64,000 nucleotides of DNA from NCBI GenBank assembly GCA_043228905.1, contig JBHGNT010000014.1:8618001-8682000 (forward strand), given 5' to 3'. The notes below the pieces were generated by a model. That model searched no databases. It saw nothing but the letters and a program-made list of their open reading frames with translations, and was not told the DNA's origin. Position numbers and translations under genes: made by a program. Origin of the DNA: Azolla caroliniana. Taxonomy: Eukaryota > Plantae > Polypodiophyta. Positions within the stretch are counted from its first letter, which is position 1. Each line of letters starts with the position of its first letter. Shown in pieces: positions 10,401 to 19,308 of the stretch.

Positions 10401-10956
10401 CGAGCTGGGATGCTTTTACCCGTTGGGAAACGGCCATTTCCCGTTCCAACGCTTCCTGTGCTTGCCGTAATTCCCGAATCGCATCTTTGTCTGGTTCGGC
10501 TTCGGTGTCGTCCCGCTGCGGCAAGTATGCGGCTACGGCTTCAGCTACGTCAATCTCGAAGAGTGGTACGATCTTCGGATGTTCCTCCAAGTACTGGGCT
10601 TCTTCGTCGTCTGCCAATCCTTCAAGCATGTTCACACATTCCGCATACAGCGGTGTGCATTCCTTACCGTTGCTCGTCCGTGGTTGTGTCGGTACCCGGA
10701 CCTTGGCTTTTCCGCGCCGGAAGGTAATCATATTTTTTCGCCAATTTTGCTTGATGTGTGCTGTTTTCAACCATGGTCTGCCCAGCAGCAGTGGGTACGC
10801 GCCTTGCGCCTGTAGCTGTAGCACTACAGCCGAGATGTGAAATGTGTGGCCTCCTATGGTGACTTCCAATTTCCGTATTAAGCCCGTCGGCCGTACAGAA
10901 CTCGTATCCGCCATCCGTAGCCAGAACGGGCATGGCTCCCATTCATGTATACCCAA
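7435..10956 (-). CDS. pol: G2 pol (C-terminal half of protease, RT, RNase H, integrase)
   Basis: 1173-aa open frame: LLGRPW, WLSPIVVVPKKNGKIRVCVDYRKLN, FLDD, DASD, HHCC zinc finger (H..H..CDLC), DFVGP, SDQGGHF, GPY motif. Confidence 0.95.
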   Translation of the reverse strand: MGIHEWEPCPFWLRMADTSSVRPTGLIRKLEVTIGGHTFHISAVVLQLQAQGAYPLLLGRPWLKTAHIKQNWRKNMITFRRGKAKVRVPTQPRTSNGKECTPLYAECVNMLEGLADDEEAQYLEEHPKIVPLFEIDVAEAVAAYLPQRDDTEAEPDKDAIRELRQAQEALEREMAVSQRVKASQLDEVNLGSKDESKPVHITKEMKPEDKAAMIKLLTEFRDVFAWSYEDMRGLDPQLYQHQIHLGKDAKPVAQRRYRMNPNYAAKVKEEIDKLLRVGFIRPVKKATWLSPIVVVPKKNGKIRVCVDYRKLNAATITDAFPLPFTDGVLDAVAGHDVYSFLDGFSGYNQIRMHPDDQEKTAFVTEWGVFVAEVMMFGLKTAPATFQRIIMEIFGEYIPAFMQVFLDDFAVYSRGKDHLQHLRLCLEKCRLYRLSLNPAKCIFGVSSGILLGHIVSKEGIAVDPDKVNAILGAPAPKTAKALSRFLGQIRWHSRMLRHLADLATPLHTAVHRTPFQWTDTEDKAYNALKVLLSQAPVVQPPDWSKEFHVFVDASDIAIGSALMQLTEPKWYRPVYYASRKLSQAEKNYSTTEREALGMIYSVTKFRHYLLGRKFSFHVDHSALLYLVSKASLTGKLARWTLLLQEFEFEIFHRPGIQHAVADYLSRLESGEAGDGVADEFPDAELFRITPETAADDTVASEDRWLTNMHQFLSTGLPPEEMNRDERKRLAVQSRNFCLLRDTLYHKGADGIWRRAVRSDEKEVILREAHCGVAGGHYAGEATARKVWQSGLWWPTTLKDAVKYAKECDLCQRMGQPTEQARMPHQPVLPLEPFQKWGLDFVGPFKPPAMRTGNRYVIVATDYCTKWVEAKALRDNTASSTSKFLYENIWCRYGCPIELISDQGGHFLGQVVESLTTFYAVVHKRSTPYYPQANGLAESTNKTLQNILRKIVNENRTDWDTKLHSALWAYRTAYKTSIRTTPFRLAFGLEAVMPVEFQVPSLRIQLRERLNEKKSEEMRLAALCELEEQRLASILHMELERRRRKAFVDRHRKGNEKMFEIGKPVLVFQTRMGKMPVKLRFRWTGPYWLTREYNGSYQIGTLAGEVLGKWVNGFRLKPYKGPMPKNPFMQLTGTTPGSVRIGPEEKDDGEPVAEAKEDTATRKENGKGPRGPTDG

Positions 10957-13277
10957 GGACGGAGGCTTATTACGTTCACCCCGGAACCTCCATCGATTAC
11001 GGTGCCGGGAAGTTCGTGCCCTTTGACAATAGCTGTAATCGCCGGACTACTAGTGTCCACCACCGTTGGTCCCTCCTCCGGATTCGAGAAGAGGACTGGT
11101 GCCGGTGGGGCTATACCGTCTGTCATGACCGTTTTTAGTCCTTCTGTGAATCGCGGTACGAGCTGCAAGAGTCTTCCTAATGGCAACGTGATCTGACATT
11201 CTTGCAGTGCTTGCCATGTCTCGTTTTCTGGGTGGCTACCGCCGGCACTCCCTATGGTATTCGCCTTTTGCCGTTCCGCGTCCGCGACGTTCCTTTCATT
11301 GGCTTCCTTCACCCATTCTGTTGCCTGTTTTCGTATGGCCTCTTGTGTTTCCCACTCTTTGGCCATGCCTTTCGACCGTGTGGTTACTTGTTGTACATCC
11401 GTCACTTCCGGAACCACCATATTAACTGCTGGTCGTTTCTCGTAGCTCTTTACCGGGCACTGGTTACTGTAGTGGCCTTCCTGCCTGCAGTAGTAGCAGT
11501 ACTCTTTACGGGTATTGCTGGATTCAGCATTGCTGGTAGCCGGAGTCGGTCCCGTAGCGAGTGGTGCGTTCTGTGCCGGTTGGCTCCTTGGGGTTCCATG
11601 TTCCGGGTCCCTAGGGTGACCACCTTTCTTGAAATTACGTTTCCTATTATTCTTATGTTTATTTCGGTAGTCCGGTCGTGGTGGATCGTAAAATCGGCCG
11701 TAGTCCTCCTGGTGCCTTCGGTAACCAGGGGAATGGTCTCTGTCGTATTGCTCGTGTCGCCTGTTGGGCTCTCGATAACGGTCCGATCGCTCATACCGGT
11801 CATAGTTATCACGCCGATTCCCGTACCGGCCATCATTCTCTTGCCTGTCTCCGTACCGGACATCCTGTGCCGGTCGGTACCGGTTCATTTTTTGCCAACG
11901 ATCTTCATCTTCGTCTTGGCTGCTTCTTGGCTCGATCTGTCGGACGGGTGGTGCTTGTCGGTTTAACAGGTTATACTCACACCGGTCCGTTGTATGACTC
12001 TTGGATTGACAAATCACACACTGAGTGCGCATGGTGCACTCTACTGCCGAGTGTCCGGCATTCAAGCAGATTGTGCATTGAATTGCCTGCCGGAACCGGA
12101 GATCTTCCTCGGTGGGTAACGCCCGTTGCAGTGTTCCCAGCGTAAGCCATGAGCTTGTCTTTTCCATTTCTCTGACCCGGTCAATGACCTGATCGATGGT
12201 GCATCCTCGAAAGTCGATCACCGTACACACCGTGCGTAACGGTTCCCGGAGTGCATTTAAAAATATTGTCCGTAATTCCTCCTCCGGGGGTGCACGGGCA
12301 AGCTGGCTATGCATTCGTTGGAAACGGATGACGAATTGGGGAATGCTTTCCCCTGCCTCCTGCCGGATCGTATAAAACAGGCCCACCATTGTCGTCTGGT
12401 CGACCTCCTTGTGGAAAAAATGCAAGAATTTTGCTTTTAATTCTGCAAATGTTGTGATGGTCGCCGGGTCCTGCGACCGCCGCCATCGTGTCGCTGGTCC
12501 CTCCAACGTGACTCCGAATTCCGCTATCTTCGAGCGTTCTTCTTCCTCCGGTGTCATTCGCTGGGACGTGTGATTTGCTTCCCATGTCTGCTCGAAGTCA
12601 TCAACATGCGCTTCCGCATCCGGATCATCGCGATACTTTGAGTATTGGAACGGCATGTCGTCATCCAGTATTAGGCCGCGGTTTAGTGGCGTTTGTTGAT
12701 ATTTTTCCGGTTCTTTCTCCGGTTCCACTTCCGGTTCTTTTGCCGGTCCTTTTTCCGGTTCTTTTTCCGGCTCTTCTTCCGGTACCTTTGCCGGCTCTTT
12801 CGTTGGTGTTGGTGGCTTTGCTTCTTCCACTTCTGGTGTTGGTGGGTTGACGGCTTCCGTTTGCGGTTCCGGATAGCCCTGGTTGAGCGGTTCCGGTTCT
12901 GGAGTCGGCACGGTATCCGACCCGTCGTCTTCCGGGCCGCCGGGGGTATCGTTGCTGCTCCGGTAGTTCGTGTGCACGCTGTATCCCCCTTCGGAATCCG
13001 ATTCGTAGGCTGAAAAGGCTTCTGCCTCGTTTTCTCCGCTTGCCAGCGCCTCCAGGAGTCGTTCGGTTTCCCGGAGACTACTTAGACTGCTTCCGTCGTC
13101 CTGGTCGCGAGTTTGCCGTAACCGGAGAGATTCCTCCGCGACTCTCCGGATCTCGTTGGAGAACGAACGATCCGAGCGAATTTCCTGCGCTGCTTGCTGG
13201 AAAGTCTCACGCCGTCTTTGCCGTTCGGCGAGGCGTCGAGCTCGGTCTGTAACCAAGTCGTGCGTTGGTCTAGTCAT
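10878..13277 (-). CDS. gag: G2 gag plus protease N-terminal half (frameshifted from pol by a ~10-bp deletion)
   Basis: Capsid-like QEAGESIPQFVIRF, zinc knuckles CTICLNAGHSAVEC, CVICQSKSHTTDRC and CYYCRQEGHYSNQC, protease IDGGSG. Residues TCD seen in G1 (SLQTCDTLG) are missing at ~10960. Confidence 0.92.
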   Translation of the reverse strand: MTRPTHDLVTDRARRLAERQRRRETFQQAAQEIRSDRSFSNEIRRVAEESLRLRQTRDQDDGSSLSSLRETERLLEALASGENEAEAFSAYESDSEGGYSVHTNYRSSNDTPGGPEDDGSDTVPTPEPEPLNQGYPEPQTEAVNPPTPEVEEAKPPTPTKEPAKVPEEEPEKEPEKGPAKEPEVEPEKEPEKYQQTPLNRGLILDDDMPFQYSKYRDDPDAEAHVDDFEQTWEANHTSQRMTPEEEERSKIAEFGVTLEGPATRWRRSQDPATITTFAELKAKFLHFFHKEVDQTTMVGLFYTIRQEAGESIPQFVIRFQRMHSQLARAPPEEELRTIFLNALREPLRTVCTVIDFRGCTIDQVIDRVREMEKTSSWLTLGTLQRALPTEEDLRFRQAIQCTICLNAGHSAVECTMRTQCVICQSKSHTTDRCEYNLLNRQAPPVRQIEPRSSQDEDEDRWQKMNRYRPAQDVRYGDRQENDGRYGNRRDNYDRYERSDRYREPNRRHEQYDRDHSPGYRRHQEDYGRFYDPPRPDYRNKHKNNRKRNFKKGGHPRDPEHGTPRSQPAQNAPLATGPTPATSNAESSNTRKEYCYYCRQEGHYSNQCPVKSYEKRPAVNMVVPEVTDVQQVTTRSKGMAKEWETQEAIRKQATEWVKEANERNVADAERQKANTIGSAGGSHPENETWQALQECQITLPLGRLLQLVPRFTEGLKTVMTDGIAPPAPVLFSNPEEGPTVVDTSSPAITAIVKGHELPGTVIDGGSGVNVISLRPWVYMNGSHARSGYGWRIRVLYGRRA

Positions 13278-13310
13278 CCATTACCGTCGTTCGCTGCGAG
13301 AAAGCAGGAA

Positions 13311-13322
13311 TCGTGGTCGCCA
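13311..13322 (-). other. G2 primer binding site, tRNA-Arg(UCG)-like (TGGCGACCACGA)
   Basis: 6 nt downstream of the 5' LTR end; conserved in G1 as TGGTGACCACGA; about 10 nt complementary to plant tRNA-Arg(UCG) 3' end as I recall it. Confidence 0.65.
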
Positions 13323-13328
13323 AAACTG

Positions 13329-13748
13329 TGTTATTCGCTTAGCCGGACAAGGCCTAACACAAGGTGTCACGGAGACACTTCACCAAAGGGTGATTACGGC
13401 ATAGGATTAAGATTCAACGATTACACCGACTTACGTAGGTTACACGATTAGAATGCTTTGGTTAATTACACGCGTAAGATATAACAGTGATTACAGAACG
13501 GAAATCAAGACAGAAGTATAAACATCATAAGCTCTATTAATTATCCGCTGTCATTACAATGGGGTCCGGGCCTTTAAATAGGTTTCCGGCCCGTAGTACA
13601 AAACGGTGCCTCTCGCACCTATTCGGGATCCGTCCGGATCTGGAACGGCATACCGTTTCCAGTCCGTCCGTCCACACTATGCTCATTTACAACCATATCT
13701 AATTAATTCCTTCACTCCGTATTTTGGACTCCTTGCCGGCCGGTAACA
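13329..13748 (-). repeat. G2 5' LTR
   Basis: Repeat of 3891-4310; followed by TSD GGCCT. Confidence 0.97.
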
Positions 13749-13753
13749 GGCCT

Positions 13754-16706
13754 CTCATATCCTCGTAAGACCAGGCAAATACATTGCGAAACTTGTTGAG
13801 GAGTGTAATTATCGCCGTTTTGTTTTCTGCATTCATTTCTTTAGCGATGTGCACCGGTTTTGCCTCCTCCGCCGTTCCTAGATTTACCTCTTCTAATTGG
13901 GACGCTTTTACGCGCTAGGATATGGCCATTTCCCTTTCCAACGCCTCCTGCGCATGCCGTAACTCCCGGATTGCTTCTTTATCCAGTTCCGCTTCGTTTC
14001 CGTCCGGTTGCAGTAAGTAGGGTGATACCTCTTTGGCGACGTCAATTTCGAATAGGGGTACAATCTTCGGGTTCTCCAGCAAGTACTGCTCTTCTTCTTC
14101 GTCTGCTAATCCTTCCAGCATATTGACACACTCCGCATATAACGGTGTTAGATCCTTGCCGGTGCCCTTCCTTGGTTGTGTTGGTACCCGTACCTTCACT
14201 TTTCCCCGCCGGAACGCAATCATATTCCTCCTCCATTTCTGTTTGATATGTGCCGTCTTTAACCAAGGGCATCCCAACAATAATGGGTACGCTCCTTGAG
14301 CCTGCAACTAGGGAACTACGGCTGAGATTCGGAATGTGTGGCCCCCGATGGTTACTTCCAAGTTCCGTATTAATCCTGTCGGTCGCACCGAGCTTGTGTC
14401 CGCCATTCAAAGCCAGAACGGACATGGCTCCCACTCTTGGATTCCAAGAGTATCACACGTCTGGAGGCTTATTACATTAATGTCGGAGCCTCCGTCTATT
14501 ATCATGTCGGGGAGTTCTTTCCCTTTCACAATGGTCGTAATTGCCGGACTGTTGGTGTCCACCACCGCCGGTCCCTCCTCCGGATTTGAGAAGAATGCCG
14601 GAGCCGGTGGTGTTCTGCTTGTCGTCATGCCGGACTTGAGTCCTACTGTGAATCTTGGTACTAGCTGCAAGAGTCATCCTAACGACAGCGTGATCTGGCA
14701 TTCCTGCAATACCTGCCATGTTGTGTTTTCGGACTAACTCCCGCCGGCGAGCTCTTCGGTGTTCTCCTTCTGTTGCGCGAGTTCTGCTACGTTTCGCTCA
14801 TTGGCGTTTTTCACCCATTCCGTTGCCTGTTCCCGGATGGCCTCTTGTGTCTCCCATTCCGTAGTCTTCCCCTTCGACCTTGTGGTGACCTACTTGAGGT
14901 CTGCGACTTCGGCGACTACCATGTTTACTGCCGGTCGCTTATCATAGCTTTTTGCCGGACATTGATTACTATAATGTCCTTCTTGCCGGCAGTAATAGCA
15001 ATATGCTTTCCGGGTGTTGTTGGATTCGACATTGTTTCCTGTACCCGGTGGAGGACTTGTAGTAACCGTGGGGCTCTGGTCTGGTTGGCTGCTTGAGGCG
15101 CCTTTTTCCGGTTCACGTGGTTGGCTCCCATTTTTGAAATGCCGTTTTTTGAAGTTCTTTTTGCTTCGGTACCCTTGCCGGGGTTGGTCGTCATACCTCC
15201 CGTAATCTTCCCGTCGTTGGTAATACCCGGGGGAGTGATCCCGGTTGTGATGCTCGTACTGTCCATTGTAATCTCGGTACTTGTCATATCTCTTGTACTG
15301 GTCATAGTTGTCTCGCTGATTGTCGTAGCGGACATCTTGTGCCGTCGATATCGCTCCTCTCGTCGCCAGTGTTCGCCTTCTTCGTCTCGGATGCTACGTG
15401 GCTTGATTTTCCGGACTGGTGGAGCTTGCCGATTCAATAAGTTATATTCGCACCGGTCCATCATGTGGCTCGTAGATTGGCAGAGTAAGCAGTGCGTCCG
15501 CATGGTGGACTCCAGTGACGAGTGTCCGGAATTCAAGCAGGTCGTGCATTGGATTGCTTGCCGAAAACGGAGATCCTCATCGGTTGGTAATGCTCGTTGG
15601 AGGGCTCCCATTGTTAGCCAAGAGCTCGTTTTCTCCATTTCTCTAACCCGGTCAATGACCTGGTCGACAGTGCTTGTGCGAAAGTCGATGACCGTGCATA
15701 CTGTTCGTAGAGGTTCCCGGAGCGCGGCTAAAAATATAGCCCGCGTTTCCTCCTCCGGAGGTGCTCGGGTAAGCTGACTATGCATCCGTTGAAACCGGAT
15801 GACAAACTATGGGATGCTCTTCCCGGGGTCCTGCTGAATTGTATAAAATAAGCCCACCATTTCTCGCTGATCCACCTCCTTCTGGAAGAAGTTCAAGAAT
15901 TTGTGTTTCAGGTTCGCAAAGGTGGTGATGGTGCTGCGATCCTGCGTCAGGTGCCATCTGGCGGCCGATCCTTCTAATGTCACGCCGAATTCGGCTATCT
16001 TAGATCGTTCCTCTTCTGCCGCAGTTAACCGTTGTGACACATGGTTCGCTTCCCATGTTTGTTCAAACGCGTGAACATGAGCCTCCGCGTCCGGGTCCTC
16101 CTGATACTTGGAGTACTGTAACGGCATGTCGTCGTCCGGTGTCGGTACGCGGGCTGGCGGTGACGGTGGTCTTTCCTGCTGTTCTGTCGGCGTCGGAGGT
16201 CTTTGCTGGTCTTCCTTTGGTGTTGCCTGTTCGACTTCCGATGTTGGAGGTTTTTGCCGGTGCACTTCCGTCTCCGGAGGTTGCTCCACTACGAGTGCCG
16301 GAGGTTCCCGGTCTGCCAACTCTGGTTCCGGTGTCGGTAAGGTATCTGACTCCTCGTCCTCCGGTCCTCCTGGGGTGTCGTTACTGCTACGATAGTTCGT
16401 ATGCGCGTTCTAACCCCCTTCCAAATCCGATTCCAGCGCTGAAAATGCTTCGGATTCGCCGTCTCTTCCGGCCAAGGCCTGGAGAAGGGTTTCTGCTTCC
16501 CGGAGGCTGCTTAAGTAGCTTCCTTCGTCCGGGTAGGCGTTTTGTTGCAGATGGAGCGACTCCTCCGCCACTTTCCGGATCACTTTGGAAAATGATCGAT
16601 CCGTTCGGATTTCTTCCACTGCTTGCTGGAAAGCCTCTCGCCGTTGTCTCCGTTCAGCAAGTCTTCGTGCTCTCTCCGTAACCGGGTCGTCTGTTGGCCC
16701 AGTCAT
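13754..16706 (-). pseudogene. G1 gag-protease remnant
   Basis: ORF pieces 16410-16838, 15807-16319, 14925-15785, 14407-14670 (IDGGS) and 13915-14307 are collinear with G2 gag/PR. Confidence 0.92.
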
Positions 16707-16743
16707 CCATTCCTGCCGTTGTTCACTGCGATTTATGCAGGAA

Positions 16744-16755
16744 TCGTGGTCACCA
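16744..16755 (-). other. G1 PBS-like site TGGTGACCACGA
   Basis: Same position and near-identical sequence as the G2 PBS. Confidence 0.6.
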
Positions 16756-16762
16756 AAAACTA

Positions 16763-17224
16763 TGCTATTGCTAGAGCCGGACAACAGCCTAACACAGGGT
16801 GTCCACTTAAGACACGTCACCAAAGGGTGGTACAGCAAAATGACTTACGACACGACGCTTAATTAGACCTTAATCGATTACTTAGCCATCCGTAATTAAC
16901 ACGCGTAAGATATAACAATGAATACAGAACGGTAATCAACACTGGAAGATTAAGACAATAAGCTTTTTTAATTATCCACTCCTAATTACATTGTAACCGG
17001 GCCTTTATATAGGTCTCCGGTGCGAAATACAAAACGGTGCCAACCGGCACCTTTACGGGATCGTTCCGGATCCGGATCGGCATACCGATTCCGGTCCGTC
17101 CGTCCACATCTTCTTATATAATAATATATATATATTAAGACTACTAATTACAACAATTCCCGAATAACTATTCCTTTCACACTCTGGCTTGGACCTCCTT
17201 AACCCTTCTTGCCGGCCGGTAACA
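16763..17224 (-). repeat. G1 5' LTR (462 bp)
   Basis: TGCTA...GGTAACA; clearly homologous to the G2 LTRs; CCTATATAAAGG TATA box on the minus strand. Confidence 0.92.
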
Positions 17225-18276
17225 CTGTGACGAGTGCCAATGTTTCAAAAACCCGTTAAAAGCGGATTTCAATACGTTAAACTTGGTGGTGGCATGGCAC
17301 CCATTCAAGAAATGGGGTATCAACTTTATCGGCCCAATCAGCCCAGCTTCCAACCTCAACCGATACATAATAACCACCACCAACTACGCCACCAAGTGGG
17401 TCGAAGCTAAAGCTTGCGTTAACGCCGACGCGCGTAGTACTGCCAAATTCCTATATGAAAATGCATAGTACGGTTTGGATGTCTACTCGAAATCATTAGT
17501 GAGCAAGGCTCGCATTTCCTGAACGAGGTGATAACACATTTACTAGGCGAATTTATGGTGACACACCGCAAAAGTTCTCCTCATTACCCTCAATGCAACG
17601 GACAAGCGGAAAGCACGAATAAGGTGCTATGTGCAGTGCTCACACAGATAGTCGCCGCCTCATGATCTAATTGGAGCACCAAACTCCAAGTAGCATTATG
17701 GGCTTTCCGTACTTCCTACAAAGTCGCAACTCGCCACACACCATTCAAACTAGTGTACGGGCAAGAAGTAGTATTACCCATTGAGTTCCTTGTCCCCAGC
17801 CTCAGGATTGCCGTACAAGAACGATGGGACGGGGACCCCCTCCCATCACGCCTAGAGAACCTAGAACGACTGACAGAAACCCGCCTTCTTGCATTCCAGG
17901 CACTCTTGGCAGAGAAAGCCAATAGAAAGGTGTGGCACGACAATAAATCAAGAACAAAGACCTCACTGAAGGCGACATGGCCCTCAGATTCTCCTCTCAA
18001 CGACACAAGAAGAAGCTTAAGTTATGGGGTGAACGCCCGTATGTGGTTTCGGAGATTACCAAGACAAGAGCATGTCGCCTACGCATGCTCGAAAGTTTTG
18101 ACATCCCTGGGTTCATTAATGGGAGCAAGCTCAAACGTTACTATGGACCCCTCACACTCGAGGCTCTACTCATGGCTCGTCAACGAGAGGTAGAGGCCAA
18201 ACTTAAAGCCTCTGAAGGCCGAATGGCCCGGCTCGAAACCGACCTATGCAATACGCAAGCGAAATTGAAGCGATAG
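17225..18276 (+). pseudogene. G3 integrase remnant
   Basis: CDECQC, PFKKWGINFIGP, TKWVEA, YPQCNGQAESTNK, PFKLVYGQEVVLPIEFLVPSLRI, INGSKLKRY; has stops and frameshifts. Confidence 0.9.
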
Positions 18277-18297
18277 GGACACGCCCATCTGGCAGCC

Positions 18298-18843
18298 ATG
18301 GCTCAAACGACCAACTCTAATGACGGAACAATACAACTACGATGTTGCGTCGACGACATGCATTTGATGGCGGTAATCGACACCGGAGCATCGCTAACCC
18401 TTTTCTCCTTCGAAACATGGAGACGTCTAGGTTGCCCAGACCTCGAAGTGTGCAACGACAACTTCCGTGGCTTCGATGGGTCCACGTCATGCTACTTGGG
18501 AACTTTCGGGTGTAGCATCAAGACAGAATACAACGCACACTCAATCCAAGTTCGGGTACTCCCACACGGAGTGATGTACACACAATGCCTCCTCGGTTTA
18601 GATTGGTGTCGCATAAGCGAATGTCTCCTATCACCCAGCAAACACATCGACTCTTTGCAAACAGGAGATGGACTAAAGTCCGAGGACCTCGTCGCACAAC
18701 ACTCAAATCACATCTCGTTGACTTCGCTGATCCCCAAAGCGTGGAGTTACCCAAACAAGCAACACACCAACACCCACGGGCTGTCCATGGCCAGCGCGAC
18801 ACTAACATTAGAACACAGACACCCAAACCATGGGAATGGGTGA
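18298..18843 (+). CDS. Retropepsin-type aspartic protease ORF downstream of G3 integrase
   Basis: AVIDTGASLTL catalytic motif, flap FRGFDGS, C-terminal LLGLDW; in frame with the integrase tail behind a single TAG at 18274-18276. Confidence 0.75.
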   Translation: MAQTTNSNDGTIQLRCCVDDMHLMAVIDTGASLTLFSFETWRRLGCPDLEVCNDNFRGFDGSTSCYLGTFGCSIKTEYNAHSIQVRVLPHGVMYTQCLLGLDWCRISECLLSPSKHIDSLQTGDGLKSEDLVAQHSNHISLTSLIPKAWSYPNKQHTNTHGLSMASATLTLEHRHPNHGNG

Positions 18844-19308
18844 ATGTCCACGCAGTTTTCGCTGAAGGCCCACACTACGGAGAACGGGCGGTGTGGCGAG
18901 TCAAAAAAATACTCACAACCGCACAAGGTTGGCACAATGGCACCACTAGCTTCTGGGTTCCGAAACGAAACAGACTCCCTGCTCGCGATCGAAACACCCT
19001 TGCATGGGACATCTATGAACCCCAAGGCGCGGAGTCGCTCAACCAAACCGAATGCCAACACCCACTGGCCACCCAGGACCAGCGCGACGCTAATGTCAGA
19101 ACACAAACACCCAAACCACGGGAATGGGTGAACGTTCACGCTGTTTTTGCAGATGGACAATGTTGTGGAGAATCTGCAATTTGGCGGGTCAAAAAGACAC
19201 TCACAACCGCACAAGGTTGGCACAAAGGCACCACTAGCTTCTTGGTCCCGAAACGAAGTCGGTTCCCCAGTCACGATCATACCACGCCTGCATGGAACAC
19301 CCGAGAAT
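18733..19308 (+). repeat. Two-copy 288-bp (96-codon) tandem repeat
   Basis: CAACACCCAC.. at 18768 and 19056; both copies encode EWVNVHAVFA..WRVKK.LTTAQGWH.GTTSF.VPKR. Confidence 0.85.

Larger units (their letters stand above)
3891..13748 (-). mobile_element. Young full-length Ty3/Gypsy (non-chromovirus-like) LTR retrotransposon G2 with extra 3' ORF
   Basis: 420-bp TGTTA...TAACA LTRs with one mismatch seen by eye; 5-bp TSD GGCCT (3886-3890 / 13749-13753); order gag-PR-RT-RH-INT-aORF; no chromodomain or second RNase H seen. Confidence 0.97.
1..17224 (-). mobile_element. Older Ty3/Gypsy LTR retrotransposon (G1), degenerate; 3' LTR lies left of the window; interrupted by G2 at 3890/13749
   Basis: 5' LTR 16763-17224, PBS-like site, fragmented gag-PR (16706-13754), RT-RH-INT (3890-1200) and accessory ORF remnant, all collinear with and highly similar to G2. 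Pol is continuous across the G2 insertion (..WSYEDMRG|LDPQLYQHQI..). Confidence 0.92.

Noticed and set aside
10878-10956. Programmed ribosomal frameshift between gag and pol
   Set aside because: No slippery heptamer seen, and G1 shows a continuous frame with extra codons, so it is a deletion.
3891-13748. G2 as a plus-strand element with antisense gag-pol
   Set aside because: TATA and poly(A) polarity of the LTRs and all ORFs are minus strand, and there is no PPT before the right LTR on the plus strand either.
4747-16866. Many plus-strand ORFs of 60-250 aa opposite G1/G2 genes
   Set aside because: Shadow frames of GC-rich coding sequence with no recognisable motifs.
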